Assembly: GCA_963734495.1 (NCBI GenBank)
Contig: CAVTHK010000011.1
Span: forward strand, 416,001 to 480,000
Reading direction: 5' to 3'
DNA from: an uncultured Spirochaetota bacterium
GTDB taxonomy: Bacteria > Spirochaetota > Spirochaetia > SZUA-6 > CAVTHK01
DNA length: 64,000 bases
Part shown: in pieces, positions 21,698 through 31,846 of the stretch
Numbering within the stretch: position 1 is the stretch's first letter
Layout of the letters: every line of letters begins with the position of its first letter
Translations under genes and position numbers: made by a program
The notes under the pieces: model-generated
Database searches by the model: none
Told to the model about the DNA's origin: nothing
What the model saw: only the letters and a program-made list of their open reading frames with translations

Positions 21698-22723
21698 CTA
21701 CCAGTTGTACTTGTACATCGGCTTGGGCAGGAGGTCCGCCGTGTACATGTCCTCCGGCGCGAACGGGATGGCCACGCCCTGGTAGGTTCTGACCAGGTCG
21801 ATGGTCTCCTTGAGCCGCGCGGGGTCGATGTATCCGATGCCGTTGTTCCGGTAGCGGTCGGTCTTGAAGAAGTCCATGACCACCTTGAGGTTCGCGAGGT
21901 AGTCCGCCTCGTTGATGGGGTGGTGCTTGGCGAGGATCGAGATCGCCTCCTCGGGATTCTTGAGCGTGTAGTCCCATCCGCGGTAGGCCGCCTTGAGGAA
22001 CTTGCGGACGAGCTCGGGGTTGTTCTTGATGACGTCGTCGCGCGCGATCAGGGAGTGAGCATAGGCGTTGAACCCGTAGTCAGCCCAGAGGAAGACCCCG
22101 AGCTGGGCCGGCGGGATCGCCTTTTCCATGAAGGGCTTGCCGGTGTACAGCTCGAACACGACGTCGGCGTTCCTGGAAGCCAGCGCCGCCACCTTGGCCG
22201 AGGGCGCGATGTTGACGAACTTGACCGAAGCAGGATCGACGCCGATGAGCTTGGCGAACGCGGGCCACATCACCTTGTGTCCGTCCGCGGCCGGAACGGC
22301 AACGGTCTTGCCGGCGATGTCCTGCGGCTTCGTGATCCCGGAGTCCTTCCAGAAGTACATGGCGTTGGGGTGCTTGTCGAAGAGGATCCCGACGATCCTG
22401 ACCTTGGCCCCCTCGGCCCGCATCTTGATCGGGACGGGCGCGTCGGAAATGCCGATCTCGGCCTTTCCGCTCTCGAGGGCCTGCACCGTGTACCCCGAGC
22501 CCTGGCCGAGGATGACGTTGACCTCGAGCCCCTCTTCGGCGAACCACCCCTTGTCCATCGCGACGTAGTACGGAGCGTGGTCGCCGGTGATCTGCCAGTT
22601 CAGCTGGAAATTGACCTTCTGCATCTGCTTCGGGGCCGAAGTCTCGCTCTGCGACGAAGCCCATCCGGCGGCAGCGGCCAGCGCCAGGACTGCAGCCACC
22701 ATCAACACTCTTCTGCCTTTCAT
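21698..22723 (-). CDS. ABC substrate-binding protein, NMT1/THI5-like
   Basis: Signal peptide, then FQLNW...DHAPYYVAMDKGWFAEEGLEV. AGGAGG RBS before ATG 22723. Confidence 0.88.
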   Translation of the reverse strand: MKGRRVLMVAAVLALAAAAGWASSQSETSAPKQMQKVNFQLNWQITGDHAPYYVAMDKGWFAEEGLEVNVILGQGSGYTVQALESGKAEIGISDAPVPIKMRAEGAKVRIVGILFDKHPNAMYFWKDSGITKPQDIAGKTVAVPAADGHKVMWPAFAKLIGVDPASVKFVNIAPSAKVAALASRNADVVFELYTGKPFMEKAIPPAQLGVFLWADYGFNAYAHSLIARDDVIKNNPELVRKFLKAAYRGWDYTLKNPEEAISILAKHHPINEADYLANLKVVMDFFKTDRYRNNGIGYIDPARLKETIDLVRTYQGVAIPFAPEDMYTADLLPKPMYKYNW

Positions 22724-22772
22724 GAGGCACCTCCTTGCCAAGCTGTACGCGGACCAACGGTCCGATGTCGGG

Positions 22773-23561
22773 TCACAATCGGGTCTGCTCTTGCTCGTGC
22801 CAGGGCATCGCGGCCCGCTCGACGAGCGCGACCACGCCGAACAACGCCACCCCCAGCACGGAGACCACGATCAGGGCGGCAAAGATCGGCGGCGTGTCCA
22901 TCGTGAACTGCGAGTTGACGATGATGTAGCCGAGCCCGCGGTCCGAGGCCACGAACTCCCCCACGATCGCTCCCACCACCACCATCGTGGAACAGATCCT
23001 GAGGCCGGAAAAGATGTACGGCAGCGAGTTGGGGAGGCGTATCTTGACGAAGACCTGCCACTTGCTCGCGTGCAGGTAGCGGACGAGGTCGATCAGGTCT
23101 TCGTCGATATCGGAGAGCCCGGTAGCGGCGTTGATGACGACGGGAGAAAAGGACACGAGGAACGCGATCAGGATGTTCGTGGCGAGCCCGTAGCCGAACC
23201 ACAGGAGAATGATGGGCGCCACGGCGACGATCGGCAGCGAGTTCACGAACAGGAAGAACGGCATGATGAGGTCGCGCAGCCACCGCGACCAGGAGATCGC
23301 GACGGCAAGCGCGACGCCGGCGACGGCCGTGACGGCAAAGCTGATGACCACCTCCGAGACGGTCGTGCCGATCTGGAGCTTCCAGTTGTAGAAGGCGCCG
23401 GGCTGCCGGACAAAGAGGTGAGCGAGCGCAGAGACCGGCGACGGCAGGACGAACTCCGGGATCGCGAACACCATGACCGCCGCCTGCCACAGCGCAAAGA
23501 GCGCCGCGACAACCAGCAGCGTAGAGGAGTTGTTCCTGAAAGCGGTCCAGATTCTGCGCAC
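22773..23561 (-). CDS. ABC permease (SsuC/TauC type)
   Basis: FVLPSP, P..AVAP..LLWFGYG, KIRLPNSLPYIFSGL, VGEFVASDRGLGY. GTG start after GAGGG. Confidence 0.92.
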   Translation of the reverse strand: MRRIWTAFRNNSSTLLVVAALFALWQAAVMVFAIPEFVLPSPVSALAHLFVRQPGAFYNWKLQIGTTVSEVVISFAVTAVAGVALAVAISWSRWLRDLIMPFFLFVNSLPIVAVAPIILLWFGYGLATNILIAFLVSFSPVVINAATGLSDIDEDLIDLVRYLHASKWQVFVKIRLPNSLPYIFSGLRICSTMVVVGAIVGEFVASDRGLGYIIVNSQFTMDTPPIFAALIVVSVLGVALFGVVALVERAAMPWHEQEQTRL

Positions 23562-23571
23562 AGCCGTCCCT

Positions 23572-24354
23572 CTAGGAGACCGGTGCATCCGTCTGCCACG
23601 GCATCGCGACCTTCGAGAGCGCCGAGACCCCGCCGAACAGGGCCAGGCCGAAGACGGAGATGAGGATCAGGCTGGCGAACATGGGAGGCGTGTCGATCAT
23701 CGCCTGCGAATCCTTGAGCAGGTACCCGAGCCCCTTGTCCGAAGCGACGAACTCGCCGACGATCGTGCCGACGACGCAGAGGGTCGAGCTGATCTTGAAT
23801 CCGGAAAAGATGTACGGAAGCGAGTTGGGGATGCGGATCTTGAGGAACACCTGCGCCTTGCCGGCGTGGAGGTAGCGGACGAGGTCGAGGAGGTCCTGGT
23901 CGACGGCGTTCAGGCCGGCCGTCGTGTTGATGATCACGGGAAAGAACGCGATCAGCACCGCGATGACGATGTTGGGAACCAGGCCGTATCCCAGCCAGAT
24001 CAGGAACAGCGGGGCAAAGGCGATCTTGGGCAGCGAGTTCAGAAGCGCGAGCACCGGCGTGATGATCCTGCGCATCGTCGCCGACCACGTGATGAGCAGC
24101 GCCACCAGCACCCCGCAGACCGCGGTCACGCAGAAGCTGATGAGGACGGCCGAGACGGTAGCTCCCGCGTGCTCGAGCCAGTGGTAGCGGGGCGCGACCG
24201 CCGGATCGACGAGCGCCGCAAAGGTCTTCTGCGGCGACGGGATGATGAAGGGCTTGACGCCGAACACGCTGACGAGCATCTGCCAGACGAGCAGGAACGC
24301 GGCCAGCGCAATGAGCTTCGCGATGTGCTTTCGGGCGAACGCCGGCGCCTTCAC
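23572..24354 (-). CDS. ABC permease (SsuC/TauC type), paralog of the adjacent permease
   Basis: PKIAFAPLFLIWLGYG, KIRIPNSLPYIFSG, VGEFVASDKGLGY. Confidence 0.92.
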   Translation of the reverse strand: MKAPAFARKHIAKLIALAAFLLVWQMLVSVFGVKPFIIPSPQKTFAALVDPAVAPRYHWLEHAGATVSAVLISFCVTAVCGVLVALLITWSATMRRIITPVLALLNSLPKIAFAPLFLIWLGYGLVPNIVIAVLIAFFPVIINTTAGLNAVDQDLLDLVRYLHAGKAQVFLKIRIPNSLPYIFSGFKISSTLCVVGTIVGEFVASDKGLGYLLKDSQAMIDTPPMFASLILISVFGLALFGGVSALSKVAMPWQTDAPVS

Positions 24355-24360
24355 CCGCTC

Positions 24361-24389
24361 AGACTAGAAGCATGCGGGCCATTTGTCAA
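24361..24389 (-). promoter_or_regulatory. Sigma-70 promoter of the NMT1-ABC operon (leaderless geometry)
   Basis: TTGACA(24389-24384)-17-TAGTCT(24366-24361), then 6 nt to GTG. Confidence 0.7.
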
Positions 24390-24409
24390 CCAAGACCGCC
24401 GCGAGCGGC

Positions 24410-25804
24410 TCAAACGGCGCCGTATGCCGGCGCGGGGAGGACGCGCTCGATCTCGTCGACCCGATACCCGAAGCCTGGCCCGCCGATGGTGCCGAGGTCG
24501 ATGCGCCCGTCGCGCCTGCGGTAGAGCCCGGGGTGCACGCGGGCTTCCGGGCCGGAGGCCCCTGGACAGAACTGCATCGAGTTGGTTTCGATACCCATGA
24601 TGGTCCCCGCGTGAGCGGCGAGCAGCGCGTGCGTGATCTGCGCGAGCATCGGGTTGGTGAGGTCCTGCACCATCAGCGTCATGCCGTGCGCCCTGGCCCA
24701 GCAGAGGCTGAGCAGGGCGCCGGTCTGCGTCTTGCACGTCTTGAGCGCCACGCCCGTCCACCCGAGACTGCGGCCGAGCCGGACGAGCCGCCAGTCGTGC
24801 GCGCTTTCGTCCATGAACAGGGGCTTGCGGGCCGACACCGCGTGGACATCCAGCCCCTCGGCCTCGAGGTCGTAGCCAAAGGGCTGCTCGACGTACAGGA
24901 GCATCTGGTGGACCAGGGGCTGCTCGGCCAGCAGGCGATCGAGGATCCGGCACACGTAACCGGGCTCGCTCACCGTGCAGTTGAAGTCCGCGGTGAGCCA
25001 CACGACACCCAGCTCCCTGCCGATTGCGGCCACGCGGATCAGACGCTCGAAGTCCCAGCCCTCGTCATTCCCGCGCAGCTTGACCTTGAGGCACATGAGG
25101 CCGTCCCTGCGGATCCAGTCGGCAAGCAGCACCGGGTAGCCGTCGTCGGGCTCCTGGCCCGTGAGGTCCTGCGGACTCAACGGGTCCGTTCCCCCGACCA
25201 GGTGCCACGCCGTCAGACTGCGCGCGGCAGGCACGAGGAAGGTCTTCGGGTACAGGCCACCAAAGGATACGCTCGATCCGTCGAGCGGCTCGAGATAGGC
25301 CGAGAGGTCGCGGTCCATGTAGCGCTCGTTGTAGGTCTCGTAAGCGGGCACGGAATGCAGCACGCCGAACGCGTCGTGCAGGGCTATGTCGAAAGGCGAC
25401 GCGCAGACCAGGGCCGCGAGCCGCGGGACGGGCGCCTCACGCGCCGCGTTGAACGCCGCCAGCACCCGCGGGAGCTCGTGCTCGAGGAACGCGTGGCCCA
25501 CCGCGATCGGGTCCCCGGCGTGCTCGAACCGCTCCCACGCCCGCGCCACGGCGACCGCGAAGTCCCGCAGCGCGAGGTCGCGCAGCTCGTGCGGCAGCGT
25601 GCCGGGCCAGGTCCACTGGACGCCGAGCGGCGTTTCGCCCCATCCCACGGCGCTTCGCCCAGTCGCGTCCTCGACCCGCATTGCCACCCGGGCGACCGTG
25701 ACGGCCGTGGCGATCTCGCGCCCGAACTTGAGCGGCACCCTGTTCTTCACGGGAAGAAAGGTGAGGCTCACCCCGGTGCAGCGGACGTCGGTGTCTCGAG
25801 CCAC
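24410..25804 (-). CDS. Enolase-superfamily (mandelate racemase/MLE-like) enzyme
   Basis: GAGGAG RBS and GTG 25804. PLKFG, CLKVKLRG (KxK), TADFNC, YVEQP, MDESAH and ALKTCK supply the catalytic and metal ligands. Confidence 0.8.
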   Translation of the reverse strand: MARDTDVRCTGVSLTFLPVKNRVPLKFGREIATAVTVARVAMRVEDATGRSAVGWGETPLGVQWTWPGTLPHELRDLALRDFAVAVARAWERFEHAGDPIAVGHAFLEHELPRVLAAFNAAREAPVPRLAALVCASPFDIALHDAFGVLHSVPAYETYNERYMDRDLSAYLEPLDGSSVSFGGLYPKTFLVPAARSLTAWHLVGGTDPLSPQDLTGQEPDDGYPVLLADWIRRDGLMCLKVKLRGNDEGWDFERLIRVAAIGRELGVVWLTADFNCTVSEPGYVCRILDRLLAEQPLVHQMLLYVEQPFGYDLEAEGLDVHAVSARKPLFMDESAHDWRLVRLGRSLGWTGVALKTCKTQTGALLSLCWARAHGMTLMVQDLTNPMLAQITHALLAAHAGTIMGIETNSMQFCPGASGPEARVHPGLYRRRDGRIDLGTIGGPGFGYRVDEIERVLPAPAYGAV

Positions 25805-25815
25805 GAGAGAGCTCC

Positions 25816-27822
25816 TCAGCGCGGGCTGCGCAGCACCGCGATCTCGTAGGGCGGCAGGACGAGCTCGCCGGTTTTGCCGCCGCGCGGCGCCACTACCGGC
25901 TGCCAGCCTGGAGGGATCGCGACGCGAGCCTCGGCTGCGGTGTGGTTGAGCACGAACGTGTAGTCGCCGTCGTCGCCGGGTCTGAGCGCCACCTCCACGC
26001 CGTCGGGCGTCTCGCCCAGACCGCGCACCCCCGCTGCCGCGGTGAGCGCCGCCATCAAGTCGGCATTCATCATCGGACCGAGCTCCGTCGCCACGTAGAC
26101 GGCGCTTCCTTTGCCGTAGCGGTGGCGCGTGACCGCGGGAGTCTCTCTGTAGTAGTCGTCGGTGTAGACCGCGAGCGCCTCGGCGCCCTTGAGCTCGACG
26201 ATGTCGGCCCACTTCGATACCGCCTCGCTGGTCGCGGGGAACCCCCCGGCGCACCACCGTGCGCCCTGCGCCACGCTGCGCAGGCAGTCGTAGTCCGGGA
26301 TCTCGATGCCGAGCATCTTTGCGAAGGGACCGGGCAGCATCTCGGCCAGCGCCTTGTTGTCCCAGTCCTTGACGCCGGAACGGAGGCTCAGCACCAGGTG
26401 GCCGCCCGCGCGGACCCAGGCGTCAAGCCGCGCCGCGAGCTCCGGCCGCGTGAGAAAGAGCATCGGCGCGACGACCAGCTTGTAGCCGTCGAGCTCGGTC
26501 TCAGGGCTCACGAAGTCCACCGGTATGTTGGCGCGGTGCAGCGCCTTGTAGAAGCCGCGGATGTGCTCGCGGTACTTCAGCTCCGGGTGGTGGGGCTGAA
26601 TCTGGTTGGCCCACGACTGGTCGTAGGAAAAGAGGATCGCCGCATCCGCGCGAGGTGCCTTCCCTTTGATCCTGTCGAGGATGGGCGAGAGCTCGACCGA
26701 GGTCCGCCTGACCTCGTCGTAGCGTCGGCCCGGCTTGCCGCTGTGCGGCAGGATCCCGTGCCAGTACTCCTCGGTGCCGAAGAGGCAGGTTCGCCAGCGG
26801 AAGTACACGACCGTGTCGGCGCCGCGCGCGATCGACTGCGCGGCCCAGAGCCGGAGCTGGCCCGGCCGCGGCGTCGGCCCGACGAGGTCCCAGCCCGCGG
26901 GGCCGGCCTGCTGCTCCATGATCCAGAACGTGCGCCGCTTGAGGCCGCGCACGAAGTCGAGCTTGATCGCGAGGTCGGCCGGGTCGGGGAGCGCGCCTGC
27001 CTCGGTCCAGAAGCCGATCGGGTACTGGTCGTGCGAGACGAAGTCCAGCCCTTTTGCGAGCTCGAAGTAGTCGGGCTTGTCGAAGAGGCCCATGAAGTTG
27101 TGCGTGACAAAGTGCTTCGGGCAGACCTCGCGCAGGATCGCGACCTGCAGGCTCTGGAACCCGACGACGAGGTCGGAGGTGAAGCGCCTCCAGTCGAGGC
27201 GCAGCGACGGGTTGTGCGAGTTGGGGGTCGGACGGGGCGCGGGAATCTGCGCGAACGAAGAGTAGGTCTGGCTCCAGAAGGCGGTGCCCCACGCCTCGTT
27301 GAGGCGATCGATCGTGCCGTACTTGCGCTCGAGCCAGGCGTGGAAGCCGGCACGGCAGGTGTCGCACGTGCAGACGTTGAGGTGGCTGTTGCCGAGCTCG
27401 TTGTCGATCTGCCAGCCGATCACGCGCGGGTCGTCCTTGTAGTGCTCGGCCATCGCGCGCACGACCGCGGCGACGCGGGCGCGATAGTCCGGGTTCGACT
27501 GGCAGTCGTGGTGCCGGCCGCCGAAGCCGAGGCGCGTGCCGTCCTCGCGCACGGGCAGCGCTTCGGGATACCGCTCGACGAGCCACGCCGGCGGCGCTGC
27601 CGACGGCGTGCCGAGCACGGCCTTGAGACCGGCGCGGCCCAGCACCTCCAGCGCGTCGTCGAGCCAGCCGAAGTCGAAGCGGTCCTGCGCGGGCTCCAGG
27701 CGCGACCAGGCGAACTCGGCGAGGCGCACGACCTCGAGGCCGGCCTCCGCCATCAGGCGCGCGTCGGTCTCCCACCGCTCCCTCGGCCAGTGCTCAGGGT
27801 AGTAGTCGGCGCCGAATCGCAT
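25816..27822 (-). CDS. GH42 beta-galactosidase
   Basis: FGADYYPEHW, AEFAWSRLEP, GWQIDNE, WIMEQQAG, YFRWR...GTEEYWHG, plus a trimerisation domain. Confidence 0.93.
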   Translation of the reverse strand: MRFGADYYPEHWPRERWETDARLMAEAGLEVVRLAEFAWSRLEPAQDRFDFGWLDDALEVLGRAGLKAVLGTPSAAPPAWLVERYPEALPVREDGTRLGFGGRHHDCQSNPDYRARVAAVVRAMAEHYKDDPRVIGWQIDNELGNSHLNVCTCDTCRAGFHAWLERKYGTIDRLNEAWGTAFWSQTYSSFAQIPAPRPTPNSHNPSLRLDWRRFTSDLVVGFQSLQVAILREVCPKHFVTHNFMGLFDKPDYFELAKGLDFVSHDQYPIGFWTEAGALPDPADLAIKLDFVRGLKRRTFWIMEQQAGPAGWDLVGPTPRPGQLRLWAAQSIARGADTVVYFRWRTCLFGTEEYWHGILPHSGKPGRRYDEVRRTSVELSPILDRIKGKAPRADAAILFSYDQSWANQIQPHHPELKYREHIRGFYKALHRANIPVDFVSPETELDGYKLVVAPMLFLTRPELAARLDAWVRAGGHLVLSLRSGVKDWDNKALAEMLPGPFAKMLGIEIPDYDCLRSVAQGARWCAGGFPATSEAVSKWADIVELKGAEALAVYTDDYYRETPAVTRHRYGKGSAVYVATELGPMMNADLMAALTAAAGVRGLGETPDGVEVALRPGDDGDYTFVLNHTAAEARVAIPPGWQPVVAPRGGKTGELVLPPYEIAVLRSPR

Positions 27823-27938
27823 GGGACCCTCCTCTTTGCGGGACGGGGGCCAGCATACAGGGCGGCGCCGCAGCGGGCAAGGCGCGTTCGCTTGCGCGTT
27901 CGCTTGCGCGCGGCACAGCGAGCGGATAGCCTCTGTGC

Positions 27939-28981
27939 ATGACGCGGGACGAGCTGCGCGTGCTCCCGAAGGTCGAGCTTCACCGCCATCTCGACGGGAG
28001 CGTCCGCTTCGAAACTCTCGTCGAGCTCGCCCACGCCCATGGCCTCGACTTCGGGTTGGCCACGCAAGAGGACCTGTGGTCGCTTGCGAAGATCACCTCC
28101 CCCATGCGGGGCCTGGAAGAGGTGCTGCAGGGGTTCGAGGTCACGCGAAGGGCGCTCTGCTCCTACGACGCCGTGAGGCGCGTGGCCTTCGAGAACGTCG
28201 AGGACTGCTGGCGCGACGGGGTCGTGCTTGCGGAGCTGCGCTTCGCCCCCGCCTTTATCGCCGAAGGCAAGGATCTCGCCCTGGACGGCATCGTCGAAGC
28301 GGTGCTCGCGGGCGTCGCCGACGCGGCCGATCGCTATCCCATCCGCGTCGGGCTGATCGGCATCGTCGCGCGCAACCACGACCTCGCGGTGAGCAGGCGG
28401 GCGACCGAGGCGCTGGTCGCGGCCCGCCGGTCGCGCCTGCGCGGCTCGCGACGCCTCTGCGGCTTCGACCTGGCGGCACAGGAGCGGGGGATCGCGCCCG
28501 AGCCGTTCGCGGAGCTGGTCGAGCGGGCGCGCGAGGCGGGTTTCGGCATTACGGTCCATACCGGCGAGGACACCTCGGCGGACCACATGCGCCGGGCGCT
28601 CGCTCTCTACAGGCCGGACCGGATCGGCCACGGGATCCGCGCGTGGGGCGACGATGCGCTCGTGCGCGAGCTCGCGGAGCGGGGGATCCCGCTGGAAATC
28701 TCGCCGACTTCGAACTGGATCACCCGGTCGGTTCCGACGCTCGAGGAGCACCCGCTGCCGCGCCTGTACCGGTCGGGCGTGAGCGTGTCCATCAACTCCG
28801 ACGATCCCCACCTCTTCGGCATCGATCTCGTCCACGAGTACGAGCTGTGCGAGCGGCTGTACGGGCTGTCGACCGGAGACTTCCTCTCGATCAACCGCGC
28901 TGCCGCGCGCGCCTCTTTCTCGACGATACCAGCCGGCGCTGGGCGCTGGAGCGGCTCGAGGCGGCGGGAGGCGGGCCATGA
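27939..28981 (+). CDS. add: Adenosine deaminase (frameshift at about 28918 near the C-terminus)
   Basis: LPKVELHRHLDGS, ELRFAP, TVHTGE, RIGHG, LEISPTSN, SINSDDP. The reframed end ASFLDD...GGGP* overlaps the rbsK ATG. Confidence 0.88.
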
Positions 28982-29905
28982 GCGTGACGGTGGCGTCGGT
29001 CGGGAGCCTGGTCGTCGACCTCGCGATCATGACTCCGCGCGTCCCCCTGGTCGGCGAGAACCTCGTCGCCCGCGGCTTTCGGATGGGGCCCGGCGGTAAG
29101 GGCGCAAACGCCGCCGCCGCGATGGCGCGCCTCGGCGCGCGCGTGGCTCTCGTCGGAGCGGTCGGCGACGACTCAGCTCGGCCGCATGGAGCTGGAGGCG
29201 CTCGCGCGCGAAGGCGTGCTGATCGACGGCGTCCGCGTCGTGGCGGGGAGCGAGACCGGCGTCGCGGTCATCATGGTCGACGACCGCAAGGAGAACACGA
29301 TCCTCGTGTCGCTCGGCGCCAACGACGCGCTTTCGCCGGACAGTGCACTCGAGGCGCTCGAACCGCTGTGGCCGGGCCTGGACGCCCTGCTCGTCGACTT
29401 CGAGGTGCCTCAGGCCGTCGTCGCCTCGGTCATAGATGAAGGCAGCCGGCGGCGGGTCCCCGTCGTCGTCGACGCCGGGCCGCCCCGGCGGTGGGGGCCC
29501 GAGACGTGGGGCCGTGCCGCTGTCGTGTCGCCTAACCGCGAGGAGGCGGCCGCGATCGCGGGCCGCGATCTCCCGAGCGACGACGCGGTGCGCGCAGCCG
29601 CTCGGGAGATGCTTCGGGCCGGCCCGGGCGCCGTCGTGGTCAAGATGGGCGCGGCGGGGGCGCTCGTCTGCACGCGCGCGAGCGTAGCGGCGGTCCCCGC
29701 GTTCCCGGTGACGCCGGTGGACACGACGGGCGCAGGGGACGCGTTCACCGCGGCGATGACGGTGGCCATAGCCGAGGGCGCCGACCTGGAGACCGCGGCC
29801 CGGCGCGGCTGCGCTGCCGGCGCGCTCGCCGTGACCCGCTTCGGCACGATGCCCGCCATGCCCACGCTGCAGGAGCTGGAGAGTTTTCTCGCGGCGCGGT
29901 CTTGA
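28978..29905 (+). CDS. rbsK: Ribokinase (PfkB family; frameshift at about 29175)
   Basis: VGSLVVDL, GPGGKGANAA, VGAVGDD, SPNREEA, VDTTGAGDAF. Confidence 0.85.
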
Positions 29906-29971
29906 GGCCCGAGTCAGGCTCTTGCCGTCGCCCCGCCGTGGTGCTAGGGTGTGAGCATCGGAGGACGAACC

Positions 29972-31762
29972 ATGTCGCCCGCAATGCCCCGCCCCGAGTA
30001 CCCGCGGCCCCAGTTCGAGCGCGCGGCCTGGCTCTGCCTGAACGGCCCATGGGAGGCGGCGTTCGACGACGCGGGCGCCGGGCTCCCCGATCCGGCGCGG
30101 GCTTCGTTCGACCGCACGATCATCGTGCCGTTCGCCTACCAGTCGCGCCTCTCGGGGATCGGCGACCGCGCGGTTCACCCCGTGGTCTGGTATCGCCGCG
30201 TCTTCTCTCTGCCGGGGGAGTGGAAGGGCTCGCGCCTCCTCCTGCACTTCGGCGCTGCCGACTACCACGCCGACGCGTGGCTGAACGGACGGCACCTCGG
30301 CTCGCACGACGGGGGCTTCACACCGTTCGCCTTCGAGGTGACGCGGTCGGCGCGGCCGGGCGAGAATGTCCTCGTGGTGCGCTGCGAGGACCTGCCGAGC
30401 GACGAGCAGCCGTTCGGAAAGCAGGACCGCGAGAGCCACCAGGCTTACCGCTTTGCCGCGACCACGGGGATCTGGCAGACGGTGTGGCTGGAGCCGGTCG
30501 CCGACGCTTACCTGCAGAGCTGCCGCATCGAGCCGGACCTGCGCGGCCCGGGCTTCCGCCTGACTCCGCAGGTCGACGGCGAGACGCCAGGCTTGCGGCT
30601 CGAGGTGCGGATCCTGTTCCGTGGGCGGGAGACCGGCCGCGCGGAGCTGGACCCGCAGGGCGTGCGCGACCTGGTGCGCCTGACCGAGAGCCACCCGTGG
30701 TCGGACGCGCAGCCGGATCTTTACGACCTCGAGCTGTCTCTCAGGAGAGGCGGCCGGGAGATCGATCGCGTGCGCTCCTACGCCGGGCTGCGCGAGGTGA
30801 GCGTCGAGGGACGCCGCGTGCTGCTGAACGGCGAGCCCGTCTACCAGCGGCAGGTGCTCGACCAGGGCTACTGGCCCGACGGCGTCTACACGGCGGCGAC
30901 CGACGAGGCGCTGCGCGCCGACGTCGAGTGGACGAAGCGCCTGGGCTTCAACGGCGTGCGCAAGCACCAGAAGATCGAGGATCCGCGCTGGCTCTCCTGG
31001 TGCGACCGGCTCGGGCTGCTGGTCTGGCACGAGATGCCGGCCTTCGGCATAGACACTCCGCTCAGCCGGGAGCGCCTCCGCGGCGAGTGGCGCGAAGCGG
31101 TCCGCCGCGACCTCAACCACCCGTCGATCGTCGCGTGGGTCCCCTTTAACGAATCAATGGGCATCCGCGACCTTCCGACGAGCCGGAGCACCCAGGATTT
31201 CGTAGCCGCGGTAGTCGCCGACACCCGGGCGCTCGACCGCACGCGGCCGGTGGTGGACAATTCAGGCTGGGAGCACGTTGACACCGACATCGCGGACAGC
31301 CACCACTACGACCCTGCCGGCTCTATCTTTCTCGAGTCGTGGCGCAGGTTCCACGAAGGATCCGGCCCGGAGCGCGGCACGTTCCTCCGCTCGTGGGACG
31401 GGTCGCACCGGGGCCGCGAGTGGTACGGGCCGCAGTACCCGCGCCGCCTCTTCGTGCCGGGGCGCGAGTACGCGGGCCAGCCGATCGCCATCAGCGAATG
31501 GGGCGGATTCTTTCTCAAGGGAAAGGGCGAAGTCGCCCCGATCCTGAGGAAGCGGCGCGGCGTCGAGGCGGACGCAGAAGCCTTCTTCGCCCGCTACGAG
31601 GACATGATCGTGGCGTTCGACTCGCTGCCTGACCTGGCGGGCGACTGCTGGACGCAGCTCACCGACATCGAGGACGAGCCCAACGGGCTTCTGACCGAAG
31701 ACCGCACGCCCAAGGTCGACGCGGGGCGGATCGCGGCGATCAACCGCCGTCGCTGGAAATGA
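29972..31762 (+). CDS. GH2 family glycoside hydrolase
   Basis: PRPEYPRPQF, LHFGAADY, GIWQTVWLE, LDQGYWPDG, RKHQKIE, NHPSIVAWVPFNE, ISEWGG. GGAGG RBS. Confidence 0.92.
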   Translation: MSPAMPRPEYPRPQFERAAWLCLNGPWEAAFDDAGAGLPDPARASFDRTIIVPFAYQSRLSGIGDRAVHPVVWYRRVFSLPGEWKGSRLLLHFGAADYHADAWLNGRHLGSHDGGFTPFAFEVTRSARPGENVLVVRCEDLPSDEQPFGKQDRESHQAYRFAATTGIWQTVWLEPVADAYLQSCRIEPDLRGPGFRLTPQVDGETPGLRLEVRILFRGRETGRAELDPQGVRDLVRLTESHPWSDAQPDLYDLELSLRRGGREIDRVRSYAGLREVSVEGRRVLLNGEPVYQRQVLDQGYWPDGVYTAATDEALRADVEWTKRLGFNGVRKHQKIEDPRWLSWCDRLGLLVWHEMPAFGIDTPLSRERLRGEWREAVRRDLNHPSIVAWVPFNESMGIRDLPTSRSTQDFVAAVVADTRALDRTRPVVDNSGWEHVDTDIADSHHYDPAGSIFLESWRRFHEGSGPERGTFLRSWDGSHRGREWYGPQYPRRLFVPGREYAGQPIAISEWGGFFLKGKGEVAPILRKRRGVEADAEAFFARYEDMIVAFDSLPDLAGDCWTQLTDIEDEPNGLLTEDRTPKVDAGRIAAINRRRWK

Positions 31763-31846
31763 CCGCGCGCCGCGATCTTTCGTGATCCTGAGTCGATCCT
31801 GAGCCGGCCCCGGCGATGAGATATGCTATCGGGAAAGGAGCCGCGG

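Noticed and set aside
24355-24409. TPP/FMN riboswitch ahead of the NMT1/THI5 ABC operon
   Set aside because: Only 55 bp of intergenic space, with the -10 box 6 nt from the start codon and no aptamer motifs.
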